64,000 nucleotides of DNA from Okamejei kenojei. Taxonomy: Eukaryota. Where the stretch lies: contig CM069145.1 in the NCBI GenBank assembly GCA_035221665.1, positions 19,034,001 to 19,098,000 of the forward strand. Direction: 5' to 3'. This document shows, in pieces, positions 50,178 to 62,652 of this stretch; the first letter of the stretch is position 1, and every line of letters starts with the position of its first letter. Below the pieces are notes generated by a model. It saw only the letters and a list, made by a program, of their open reading frames with translations, ran no database searches and was not told where the DNA came from. A program made the position numbers and the translations under genes.

Positions 50178-50368
50178 TAGACACAAACTACTGGATTAAC
50201 TCAGCGGGTCAGTCAGCATCTCTGGCGAGATGGAATGGGTGACGTTTCGGGGTGAGACCCTTCCTCACCCATTCCTCCTCTCCAGAGATGCTGCCTGTCC
50301 CGCTGAGTTACTCCAGCATTTTGTGTCTACCATCAGTTTAAACCAGCATCTGCAGTTCCTTCCTTCAC
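50178..50368. mobile_element. Fold-back Penelope pLTR/hammerhead pair
   Basis: Minus copy to GACGTTTCGGGGTGAGACCCTTCC, then plus copy from TCACCCATTCC. Confidence 0.85.
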
Positions 50369-51585
50369 AAGCAATTGTCAATATTGAATAAGCTCTTGGT
50401 GATAATGATCAGACCTTTCTGTGCCGAAGTTATTGTAGGCAGAGCTCTGGGTGTGAGTTCACATTGTATTTACTACTGCACATACAGAACATGTGATAAC
50501 ACTGAGCTGTGGGTTTCACATGGAAAATTACACATGCTTCTTCCTGGTGCTCACGCCACATTCAATTTCCTACACAGACTCATAGAAGATAAAACTTCCA
50601 TAGACCTACAAAAATACCCAGGGCCACACTATGCAGAAAAAAACATTTGATGAAACTTTTTGAGAGAGTCAAAATAAATGCTGCATTTGAGACATTTCAC
50701 AGCCTAACATGAATTGGCCCAATACTTGCAGACAGATGAATCCAATTTATTTTTTACAACTGCTCATGACTTGGTCTCAGAAATTGAATTATCTTGATGG
50801 AAGGATGTGTTTGCTTAAATATTACAAAATCATTGCTAATTGTCCATAATATATTTTATGTTACCAGAAGACATTTACTCTGAGATCTATGCAACATAGA
50901 ATCACAGAGTACATACTAAATCTTCATGAAACACCAGATGACCTGGCAGAGAGTTCGGTCTGTCACACATGGTTCTGCGAACCAGATCATTCATGCCAAA
51001 TACGAGCATTACCCATCTTCCAGGAACTCCCTCAGTATGTTCCGTCAACTTTATGAGAGCAAACCATGGGGCAACAATAGATTTGTTAAACTCTAGGTTT
51101 TCAATGTTCTTAATCTTATCCTTCAGTAAAAGAAAGGTTGTGGAAAGCCTTCTGCCTCAGATCACTGTTTGGAATGTAGGGAAGGGAGGAAGAGATGATC
51201 TGCCTGGGAATGGGTACAGGGGAGTCGACAAAATGCTTTGAGAGGAGAGGTGGGGGGATAGTCCTTTGTGGAGAGGTTGAAAGAGAGCTAAAAATAACAT
51301 ATGGGAATTGTTATGAGGAATTTTGATAGATTGCTGAGCTCCACTCAAGGTACAGGAAGGATGGGGCACAATTGCAGAAGAATATCAGAAATGTGTGAAG
51401 TTAGTTAGTTTGAAGAGTTATGACTCCAGAGGAGAAAATCTTGCTTTTTACTGGTGTACACGCAATGTTCTGGCCTACTTTCAATCGCTTGATTACTCAG
51501 CCTGGGAAACTTGAATGAAGATGTTATATTGAACGCATTGCTAAATTCTGAGCCAAGAAACCTCACCGAAATAGTTACATTTGAT

Positions 51586-51784
51586 TTAAAGAAGGAACTG
51601 CAGATGCTGGAGAATCGAGGGTACACAAAAAGCTGGAGAAACTCAGCGGGTGCAGCAACATATAAGGAGCGAAGGAGATAGGCGACGTTTCGGGTCGAAA
51701 CCCTTCGACCCGAAACGTCGCCTATCTCCTTCGCTCCTTAGATGCTGCTGCACCCGCTGAGTTTCTCCAGCTTTTTGTGTACCC
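51586..51784. mobile_element. Young fold-back Penelope pLTR/hammerhead palindrome
   Basis: ~78-bp near-perfect arms meeting at GGGTCGAAACCCTTCGACCC; exact 14-bp TSD TAGTTACATTTGAT at 51572-51585 and 51785-51798. Confidence 0.92.
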
Positions 51785-51874
51785 TAGTTACATTTGATGC
51801 TGGCTTTCTGGCCAGGATGTTCAGTAAGTAAGGGAGTGATTGTGTAAATATGTAAGGGAAGAAATAAAATTAAG

Positions 51875-52050
51875 AGACACAAAGTGCTGGAGTAATTCAG
51901 CGAGTTAGGCAGCATCTCCAGAAAACATTGATAGGTGACATCTTGGGTCGGAACCCTTCTTCAGACTCAAAACATTGCCCATCCATGCTTATCCCCCTGA
52001 GTTACTCTGGTACTTTTTTTGTAAAGACTTCTGCAGTTCGTTATCTCCGG
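51875..52050. mobile_element. Older fold-back Penelope pLTR pair
   Basis: Minus copy to CCCTTCTTCAGACT then decayed plus copy. Confidence 0.7.
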
Positions 52051-55000
52051 AAAAAATGAAGAGGATGGTGTTGATTCCAGTTCCTTTGGAAACTCCAGAT
52101 TCAGAGTTTAAGGAGATCTCCTCATTGGAAGAGTGAAGATTCGCCATTGAGTGCAGTCCTCCCTCAAGCTTACCTTTTCTCTTCATTTACTTGCAGTCAT
52201 TTTCCTTCAGATGGTAACAAAACAAGACAAAGCCCATTTCTAGTGTCTCTATCTGGCCAATAAATTGGCAGAACATATTGGATATCCGTTAGAGAAACTC
52301 GCTGGTTTTCATTCCATTGATTTATAACAAATAATGTAAAATCGTTATTCTGTTATCACTGAACTTAATCACTAATTCCAAGGTTGAAAAATGCCTGCAG
52401 AGCATCAGCAACTAAGTGAAAATAGACAAGAAGTGCAGAGTTTGGTTTGCTGAGCTGTCTCGAATGTTTTGCCTCACATTATCAGTGCTGAGATCCTAAT
52501 GGTTCTTGGATCCCGTTTCACTTAATTGGAAAAAAAGGAAACTATAAAAGATATATTTCTGGTTGTTGTTAATCTTTACCCCTTGCTGTGCAGATCATGC
52601 AAAGCTCTGCCTATTAAGCAAAAAAAGGAAAGACTGTACATATGCGACACAATTAAAGGGTCTTGCCTTTCAAAATCTCTGTCATGCTGGATGCTAATTA
52701 ATGGCCAGTCCGCTGCATAGTCAAAAGTAGAGCAGTTGTGCAAGTTTTTAGATTTTGAGAAAATTAATTTTTTAACAGTTTTGGAGGTGTATTTTTTTCC
52801 TTAATGTGTTTTTATTCTAGAAGTCCATCATGCAGCCTGCAAGGGGGGCATTCCGCTCATATTCTTTACAAATTATCCTACTCTCTGATCTTTTCCCATT
52901 ACCATGCAATTTTCCTTCCTCTTCAAATATTTATTCAGTTCCATTTTGAAGGTTATTGGACCCTGACCCATTACCCTTTCAACTTGCAGCTTAACTTTTA
53001 TTTTTCCTCATGTTGTCTCTGGTATTTAAGTCTGTGCTTCACAAATCATCTGTCATTGCAAGCAGTTTAATACATGCTCCCCATCAAAACTGTTTGACTT
53101 TGAACAAATCTTCCAAATCAGTCCTTAAAATATTCTGTTCAACAAGAGCCACCTTAGTTATTCTAGACTATCAATGACCCATTGTCTTTCATCCTTGCTG
53201 CTGCTCTCATAATGTAACTGTGCAATACCTTGACATCATTCCCAAACTATGGCCATATAGTCCAGCTGGAGCCTAACTAGTCTTTTATAAAATTTATGCA
53301 TTGTTTTCTTTTGTTCTTTTTGTCGCTATAAAACTAGAAACCAGTCTGCTATTTTAACAGCTAAATCAACTTCTGTTGTTATTTTTTTTCTGTTCCTTCA
53401 TAGTCTTTAGAATTTTGGGATTGAATATACAATAACTTAGTTATGTTGTTGTGCATGGACTGTAAAATTTCCCATTGATGGTCCTGTCTCCATTTATTGA
53501 TAATCCAAGACGCGAGTGACTAGTGCCATACTGTAACAGCCTGCTGGGACTGCAGTGTGTACAGCTCTGCTGATGTATGCAGTGTTTTTTTAAAGCCTGA
53601 TGTCTTCCCCTGAACGCTGTGCCCAGAAGTGTTTCCAGCTCTACTAAATTAGGCGAATCCTCATCTGAGATGTGTTGGCTGGTTTTAGCGCTTGTTGTCA
53701 AGTGCAAATCGCAATTGGACTGTTGCTAAAATAATTTTGGCCATGATTGCGGATGAAAGGATTGGGAATTAACACTCTTTCCAACACATGTTTTTTTGTG
53801 CAGAATTTAATAAAGTCTAATTTCCACGAACATACATCTCCCTACAGTCTAAAAATCAGCTAATCATTTTCCTCTTTGATTAGTGTTCCTTAGGTCAAAA
53901 TCTCAATTTGATTATATTTTAGATCAAATCTGAAGCTATTGATTTAGCTTGCATACATATGCATGCAAGCATGGCCCATGAATCTAGTTTTTAGGTTTTT
54001 TTGTTTTGGTTGAAAGTTTTGATGACAGTCTTTCTATTGAGAAGTTAGATCCTGCTAAGTTAAGCTGGAAGCCTCAATGATACCTCCTTTCTATTATATA
54101 CATAATTGGCTGTTGTACATCAGTGATCCTTACTCCTTTGTTGCTGCCTCTACCATTCCATGCTGGAGAAGATACACACACCACACTGTTTAAAGGTCTT
54201 GTAAGCAGCTGAGAAAGCTGGAAGGTATTATAGGCACATTTTCATTGTCAACATGAAGTTTCATGAAGATTAACAAAACGGAACGCAAATGAGAGCTCCA
54301 GAATACGTTTTGTCTTCTTTCTGCAGGTATCATTTATAAACACTGGTGATTTTAAAAGGAAATCTTTCACAATATTTGTAATTGTAGTTTCAAGTCAACC
54401 ATTTCTGAATATTAAACAATAAAGAAAAAAATTAAAATTCTGAAAACCTGATGCTAGAACAGAGGTTTATTTAGGATATCTTTTTCAAATTACTATAAAT
54501 CTTTTATTGTGCTGCAGTTGCAGTAACCTTAATGGATTTTTAGCATCCTGTGGTTTTAAATGTTATTACTATGCTTTAAAGATGATGCATTTTTTGATAC
54601 GTGGACTAGATTGGACAACATTGGAAAGTAGCTGTGGTTCTCCAATACAATGTGTAGTTGACCTGGTTGCAGCACCCAGCCAGCATAACCAAACTGTCCA
54701 GCACATAAGCTCCTCAGCACCGATTTCCATATTCACGAGTGACCAGCCAATGCTACCCACATAACATCAGCCCATCTGCAGCTCTTGCGCTGAATTGGTG
54801 GAACTGTACACGCAGACAAATTCAACTTACCCAACTTGATGACAGACGAGACAGAAGAGAGTGCATATCCCACTCGTCAGATGGCGTCATCTGAATCTTA
54901 GAGGAAGAGGCATACAGGGGATCTGAATATTGAGGAACCAGGCAACATGAGGGCAAGGTTCGGTTTTTAAGAGGACAATGCCCAATAGCAAACCCTGAGC

Positions 55001-56669
55001 ATACAAGTGCGGTGCTGAATTCACATGACCTCGCTCATGGCCAAGATTAGTGAATGCAGATTCAGATTAGTATCAGATAAAATGCACCGGTAACCTCACA
55101 AATTGTTGAGTTCATCATCAGCATAAATCAGTTATCCCAAAAGATTCTTATCGAAGAATATGCATATTGTCCACCTCATCCCCGTGCACTTTATGCATGA
55201 ACTACAACCATTCAACCATTATATGACATTAATATACTTTCCTCTATTTTGGAGAAAAGGTTAGCAGATTATTATGTGCAGTAGCAACTGACTGGCAGGT
55301 GTCAGTTTAACTGTATTCTTCGATTCTTCTACCTGTATTCTGCTTTCCTATTTGAAAGAAAATTGCAATCCTTTATTGGAGTGGGTGTGACTTGAGTCAA
55401 GATGGAAACATTAAAACTGAAGCTATTCTTCAACCTAACAAACTTTATTTTAAAACATGCTTTTCATCCTGCAATATCTTCTGATTTACAGACTGCAGCT
55501 AGTGCAGTAGGTGCTTCTTATATTCATTGCCCTCGTTCACCGAATCCCTCACATGTATCCCTTCAAATTACTTGGGACTGCAGCCTGAGCAACTGGTGAT
55601 AGAAGAGTCATAAGACAATGTAAAAGACTATGAGCACTAGCCAAGACTGAGTAGTGGACTAAGCTTAGGACTCTAAGAATCAAACTACTTTCAATAACAT
55701 CAATTTAAATATTAGCCATTGACTGACTTGTTCATTGGTCATCATTGTTGCACATTATCAAGGCTTATATGATGATTCTTATTCATCATACTTCAGTTTT
55801 CCAACAACAAAACCAAGGCTTCCACATTCCATATAATAATGTGCATTGTGGGTGTTATACCTATGAAAATGTATTACTTTATTTAGTTACACTAATGGTC
55901 GAATTGAATTGGATCAACTAGGATTCTTCATGAAACAGCAGTTCCCCTGTTGACATCTTTTGAATTATACCCAGAAGACAGGTCTGATTTACAATGTGGA
56001 GATGACAGATTGTGGATCATAGCTTCTGGTGGGATAAAGAGAGCATCTGTCATTCTGACTTTGCGAATAGACTTCACGTGAGTGAATCTCAATTGAAGTT
56101 CAAACAGAGAAGCATCTCTGTATCCTGGATGGTCTTCCAGGTGGTCATCAAGAGGTCTGTAAAGTGTCACCAACAATTTCTTGGGATTTTATTCATGTTT
56201 GATGTGGCAGAATAGAAGCAGAAAGAGCTCAGGGCTAAAGACAATTTGAGATGCATAGTGCGACAGTCCTTTAAAGATCTGTCATTTCCTAGCGCTGATA
56301 TACAGTGTGTGGCATTTATGAATTAACAGTCCCACTTGGTGCTTGATCAGCCATTAAAGTAGACTGAAGGAAAAGAATTAAACTAAAACATATCTGGGCT
56401 CAGCTGAGATCAATGAACACTTAGGAAAATGTGCACGCCAAATGATCCCGAGATGGGTGGAGTGGAAAATCAAAGGTTTATTATTTTCTTATGGCACTGC
56501 CGAGATACCAAATGTTGTTACTAATCTCATGTGATATGTGCCGGTCAACAGAAACATATTCTTCTCTTGTTTGTTACGATACAACACGATTGTCTAAACA
56601 TTCCGTTTTTTTTCTATTTTCTCTCATCCCTGAGAGGTTGAGTAACACAAGACCCAGACAGAACAAAAG

Positions 56670-57203
56670 CTTAGTTTAGTTTAATGTAGAGATACAGCAC
56701 AGAAACAGGCCATTTGTCCCACCGAGTCAACGTACACCAGTTCTATGTTATCCCACTTTCGCATCCTACACACAGGGTCAATTTACAGAAGCCAATTAAC
56801 CTACAAACCTGCATGCCTTTGGAATGTGGGAGGAAACCGGAGCACCCAGAGAAAACACATGCAGTCAGCTGAAGGACGTGCAAACTCCCCACAGACAGCA
56901 CCCCAGGTCAGGATCAAACCCCAGCCTCTGGTGCTGTGATACAATACGATACGATAGAACTTTATTTATCCCAGGAGGGAAATTGCCAACAGTCATTAAA
57001 CACAAAATACATGAAACTAAAATGACAAGTAGAAAGGATTGGGGATGTGCAAAGATTGGGGGGGGGGGGGGTCAGTCTACCCCACGACAGAAGGGGGAGG
57101 AGATGCACAGTTTGATAGCCACAGGGAAGAAAGATCTTCTGTGGCGTTCTGTACTGCATCTTGGTGAGGCTGTAGTTCTCCTGCTGCACCAATGCTACCC
57201 CTA
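56670..57203 (-). mobile_element. HE1-type V-SINE interrupted by a Rex1-type LINE 3' end (~56938-57165)
   Basis: SINE body 56670-56938 resumes at ~57167 (AGGCTGTAGTTCTCCTGCTGCACC); insert has (GATAC)n tail and SFFPVAIKL motif on minus strand. Confidence 0.75.
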
Positions 57204-57624
57204 TAGCTTGATAGTCCCATGAGAGTGTAAATTTAGTAAGGGCCACATGGGCAGCAAGTCCAATCGAGCAGATCCCCTGACCCAATACTTACCACACAAT
57301 ACCGATGGCCAGGTACAAGTCATTCAGTGAATAATAAGGTTTCTGTTATTTAGATAGGGTGTCACTGTCTTGCAGTTATCCTCCTGAGAGATGAGGCATA
57401 AGAGTTTTATAGTTGTATTAATTTGAGTCTTTTAATGTTAATTACAGGCAGGCTAATTCTGGAATTTAACTAAAAATTATTTTTTGTAATCTAATTGGCA
57501 GAAATTCAAGGAGGTTACTTCACTTCAATCACCGAATCATCCAATTTCTTTAAAAAATCCTAAGAACTTAGTATTTTTGTCTTTTCAAATGAGACAAAAC
57601 TAATTACTTTTGATATTTATTGAA

Positions 57625-57915
57625 AGATGGAAATAAGCCCTGCAGCCCACTGAGTCCACGCTTACTAGCGATCATCCATTCACGCCAGTACTATGGAATC
57701 CACTTTTGCATCCATTTCCTACACACTAGGGGTAATTTACAGAGGCCAATTAACCTATAAACCTGCATGTCTTTAGGATATGGGAGGAAACAGCAGCACT
57801 TGGCAAAAATCCACACAGTCACAGGGAGAACGTGCAAACTCTACATAGAGAGCCACTGTGTGCAGGATCCTGGCGCGTGAGGCAGTTGCTCTACCAGCTG
57901 CGCCACTGTGCCATC
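57625..57915 (-). mobile_element. HE1-type V-SINE
   Basis: Antisense V-domain (CCAATTAACCTA, GGGAGGAAAC) and head GGCACAGTGGCGCAGCTGGTAGAGC. Confidence 0.8.
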
Positions 57916-58519
57916 CTCTTTATTTCAAAAGAGAGCTGTTGTTTTTCTATCTGTATATATTTTTTTCGACTTAAGAAATTAAGTTGCAGAGGTAGGACAA
58001 GTTTGGAGCAAACTCAGGCTGGTGGGACTAGTGTAGCTGGATCATGTTGGCCGGTGTGGGGATGTTGGGCCAAAGGCCCTGTTTCCACACTGTATCACTC
58101 TGTGACTCTAGGTACATGAGTCTAAGTAGTTGTGGATGATTTGCTTCCATTCCAGTTCCTTGGCCTCTGAGGTGGTTGATGCAAATGTTGAATCTGCTGT
58201 CTCTGCCATCGATGGGACAGAAGGTGCTTGTTGGGGTGGGCAGATGGAGTTGTTGGGGAAGTGGTGCTACTACACCACCATTTCTACTGGGTCTCATAGA
58301 TTTGAACTTCTCAGTATCACACTTACCATTTCTCTCTTATGAGCAGTCAAATATCAGGGTTTCCCATAAATCAGTGAGGATTTTCCATTATTTTCAAGGT
58401 TGCTTTAAGAATAGTCTTGAGTATTTTCCACCGTCCACCTTCCATGAATTGCCTTCCATGAACGGAATAGAGTGTCCATTTGGGGTGTCTGGCGAAGTCT
58501 TGGAGCTCGGCCTCTGAAG

Positions 58520-58790
58520 TGTTTATATTCAATTGTCACCAGTTTACTGCAATTCGATGGGTGATCTTGACGCAGGAGTGGAAGTAATTCAAGTTGAACA
58601 GTTCCACAATTCCCCTGTAGATTAGTTCTATCCCAGCAGGGAGCTTGTTGGACGTAATATTGAGCAATGCAGCGAGAAAGATGGAGAAAGTGTTAGAGGA
58701 TTTAAACTACTCAGCATGACACCAATCTACAGGCACTGGGACCCTGAAGGACCTGTTCATTATGGTCACAATTTGTGTGCCATCAAGAAA
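58520..58790 (-). mobile_element. RTE/BovB-like LINE RT fragment
   Basis: Minus-strand FSIFLAALLNITSNKLPAGIELIYRG..LFNL resembles RTE RT (LFSIFLAAML..LPAGVEL.YR.DGKLFNL). Confidence 0.6.
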
Positions 58791-60271
58791 CCAATATATA
58801 TATTGCTGCTTTGAACCTAGCAGTTTAGTTTTTCTGATCAAGTTTCTGCAATGGTCTGTAATAATTATTTTTGAAGTTACACTTTGAAGATGTGTTACAC
58901 TTTGAAGATGTGTAGAAAGTGTAAATCCTTTCTAGAAGTCTAGAGTCAACAAACTAACCATTGGCGTATCTAATATCTGCTTTCCTATTCAGCGGAGCGC
59001 ACTTTAGCTCAGAGGAATCGTAGGCTTGTATGTACTATCTGGCTTTTATATTGGTCTCAGGAAACAGTACCTGGAAAAGAACATCATAACAGTTGTCTTG
59101 AGGTCCGCAGAGTATGAATGTGGACGGTAGGAAAGGTATATCAAAAGCATGTGAAACGGCACCATTTCTATCATTCTTTGTTGCACCAAATGTATTATTC
59201 CTGCTGTTTCAACCTTTGCTGCTCTTCCTGCAAACTTACTATCCTAGCTGATCTGAGCTGGGGACAAGTGTCTGATTTTGCCTAGCCTAAAGGACCCATG
59301 AGGTTCAGTTTCCCCGGTGGTTGTGGGAGTAGTCTGTCTGCGGCATTCCGTTTCAGGGGCAGTCCTTGGGAAGAGGTAGGTTTTCCTTCTTTGGTAGCTG
59401 ATTTCCCAAGTGACCTATGAAAGCTGTCACCGCAAATCCTTCAAGCAAAACAGTGTTTTTGCAGGCTTTGTATTCAGTTGCTGTCTTTATATTAGAGAGG
59501 GGTGCTGTCTGCATCCTATTCCAAAGTCTGAAACCACCTGATTGTTTTGGCTCATATTTTTTTAATTTAAGTTTAGGTTGTGACATTTTGGAGAAGCGTT
59601 TTCTCCAAAAACTGTCAATGTAATATCCTCTCACTCCATCTGACTGAAATTTAACAATAGTTATATTTCAGGGCAGAACACAAGCAGCAGAATGTATCTT
59701 GAAACAGATCCATCTGCAGACTTTAGTGAAAGCACACATGGTGTACCAAATTCAAGATATAAACCATTTAAACCTCTGAATATTTTTTTCAGTAATGGGC
59801 CCTATTATAGCGAGAATTCCCTTGTAAGTTTTACAATAACTCATAGAGCACTGTCCTTTTTGGAAATGGATGAAAACTAATTCAGTGACCGACCCTTCAC
59901 CCACTTAAATTTACCCTGCTTACATTCTCATAGAGAGCATTTGTAATATCAGGGTGCTTTAATACACAGTGTCTATTCACCACTCATTCTGAGGGCTTAA
60001 AATAGTGAACAACTGAGATATTATTTTAAGAGTAGAGTTATGCAGCAGCTGATGGGACGTTGAATAACATCTGTTTGACCAACTGTTCGCAGATTTGAAT
60101 TCCATGGCTGCATATTTTGCTCACTTTAGGAGGTAACCCATGGTATTGATTGATTAACATCCCAAATGATGGAATTTTGATCCATGTTGGGCCAGGGAGC
60201 AGTTTATAGAACGTAAATGGATAGTTCCTGATAGTTGTCCACATGATCAATTGTTCTGATCTCCAGCAAGT

Positions 60272-60590
60272 GGGCACGGTGCAGCAGGAGGTAATGCAAA
60301 GCAGCATCGATGTGAGTTCAATCCTGACCTCTGGTGTTGTCCACGTGAAGTTTACACATTCTCCTCGTGACCGTGTGGGTTTCCCTTGGAAGCCCTGGTC
60401 TCTTCCCACATCCCAAAGTTGGGTGGTGAATTAGCTATTTTAAATTATCCCTGGTGTAAGAGGGTGGTGGGAAAAACTGGAGGGAGCTGATGGCTTTGTG
60501 AGAGAGAATGTGCTGCAGAAAATAACCGAAGGACTGGGATTGGCGGGATTGATCCCATGGGTGGAATGGCCTCCAAAGCCATGAGAAAAT
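60272..60590 (+). mobile_element. Old V-SINE (HE1-related)
   Basis: GGGCACGGTGCAGC head, GAGTTCAATCCTGACCTC B box, CCCACATCCCAAAG V-domain. Confidence 0.7.
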
Positions 60591-61321
60591 ATGTGGTTTT
60601 TCGAGGTAAAAATGGAAGCGAACTGAGAATCAGAAGATGCTATCACTATGACTGTAAGTTTTTACTGTAATTAACTGATCCAGTTCATGAGAATAGGTTT
60701 TTTGTTCGCAGAATTGGAAAATTACCACATTGCATCAGTTGAGCTCTTTCCAATTCTTTAGACATCCAGAATAGTGCAGCTTTGTGAGCAATACCAGTAA
60801 AGTTCTCAGCTCAGTTTGGATTCTTCCTGCCTTTTTTTTTTGCTAACACCCCACTGGTTTATAATTTGTTACAGCGATCTGGCTCCTAAACTTCAATCAC
60901 CAGAATTCCCTCCCACCCCCCCACCCCCCTCCCATTTCATAATGCAGGCATAATTTAGTTCCTTGGAGTATAAATCTCCCCTGTGAACAAGCTTCACTGA
61001 GTAGAACTCTAAATTCCCATTTATTAAATTATGAAGCTTCACAAAAACTGAAGATTATAGTTAATTGATTCCTTTATTTCAACTTTATTTATATCTTACT
61101 TAAAATCTGGTTTTAGTTATACTGAATGACATGGTTTGACTGGTAAACCAAAATAAAAATAAATGCTTAGAGGATTAAATAAACGTTGCTGCCACAACAA
61201 CAGCATTAATTAATCTCCAGAAATGACATTTTTGCTTTAAGAATTTCTAACCATCTTATGTATTTGAGAAATATAGAACATTAACACATTAGAACACTAA
61301 AGAAACTACCCGATAGTTAAT

Positions 61322-61650
61322 AGGATGGCAGAGTGCCACAGTGATTAGCACTGTTCCCTCACACCTCCAGAAACCAGGCTTTAATCTCGAGCTTCGATCC
61401 TGTTTACACACTCACCCTCCCGCTGCTTGGGTTTGTCCCAGTTTATTCCCACATCCCAAAGGCATGGTTGTTGGTAAGTTAATTGGCTACTGCAAATTAC
61501 CCCTAGTGCAGGTGGGCCACAAGAGAATAGGTACTGGGGTGTGGAGCAGTTGATGGGGATGTGAGAGGAAAAATGGGCTTAGTGTAGATGAGAGCTTGAA
61601 GGTCAGCTTGGACATGGTGAGATGAAGGTCCCGTATGACCGTGTAATGTA
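61322..61650 (+). mobile_element. Old V-SINE (HE1-related)
   Basis: CCCACATCCCAAAGGCATG..GTTAATTGGCTACTGCAAATTACCCCTAGTG V-domain. Confidence 0.65.
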
Positions 61651-62399
61651 TGCTGTGGATGGATCCATGCATTTGTCAGGTTAAATATACAGTGTGTTGA
61701 GCTTTACATACTTAGTTACTTTTTCTGACTGGCAACCTAGAGTCATCTTTGTAAACATATTAAGCGTAACTGGTACATTGCTTATAATTACATAGTTTAT
61801 GGGGATGAGAATGTAATTTGAATGACTCTGTAATTTGTCCTCCATCTCTGCAGTCATATTGTCCAGTCAGTTGATATATTCCTTGTATGCAAGATCACTA
61901 TTTTTGCAATGTATGCATGAAAAATATATGAATAGATGAGTTTATTTGCAAGTCTAAACCTAAAATGAAATATGTTTCTGAATCGTGTTGAAGTGAGCAG
62001 GGAAATGTCAGTGTTTTGTTTTCCTCTCTTCCCTCTTCCTCATGATTATAATCTTTCTTTCCCTCTTTTATTTAGTTTTTCTAGGATTTGGCATTCAATT
62101 ATTCATTTTAACTCACATCCCTCTGCCTACCTCAGTCTAAATTTGTCAAATTTATTAGTTGGGAGAAAGACTCATGTCTTTCTGCGGTTTTTTCATGTTC
62201 GCAAAGGTTCCAAATCCCCTGTCGTGAATCCTTCAATGTACTGGATGTCCTGTCACCACAGTGTTCCAATTGAAAAGTTCATCATAAACCAAAACGTTAC
62301 GAATAATTCACAGGAATGGGACCCTGCCACAATCTGGGAATGATCTGTACAAGTTAACCAAGATCAAGGGTGCAATACCCAGGCATGCTTTACCAGTCT

Positions 62400-62652
62400 G
62401 ACTGTCTCCGAGTACATTTTAACTCTGTTTGCCTTGTTGTTACCTTCTCCCGGCTAACATTGATTTATTCTATATTTTCCTTGATCTGCATCTCCGTTGA
62501 CCTCCGTTAACACCTTACACTTCCTTATCTATGTATCTCCCTCTCCCCTGACATCAGTCTGAAGAAAGGTCTTGACCCAAAACGTCACCCATTCCTTCTC
62601 TCCAAAGATGCTGCCTGTCCCACTGAGTTACTCCAGCATTTTGTGTCTGTCT
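62400..62652 (+). mobile_element. Penelope 3' end with pLTR/hammerhead
   Basis: Pyrimidine-rich 3'UTR then CATCAGTCTGAAGAAAGGTCTTGACCCAAAACGTCACCC. Confidence 0.8.

Noticed and set aside
58876-58913. 18-bp tandem duplications (also 40571-40607) and (CCATATAA)n at 45497-45521
   Set aside because: Ordinary slippage duplications or retroposon tail microsatellite; no further structure.
59353-59634. ORF ending GNQLPKKENLPLPKD, superficially like NREP/P311
   Set aside because: Only a few residues match; the other NREP motifs are absent.
4487-62652. Repeated palindromic units as a CRISPR-like array
   Set aside because: Copies are dispersed, irregularly spaced, have TSDs and match Penelope termini; eukaryotic context with no cas genes.
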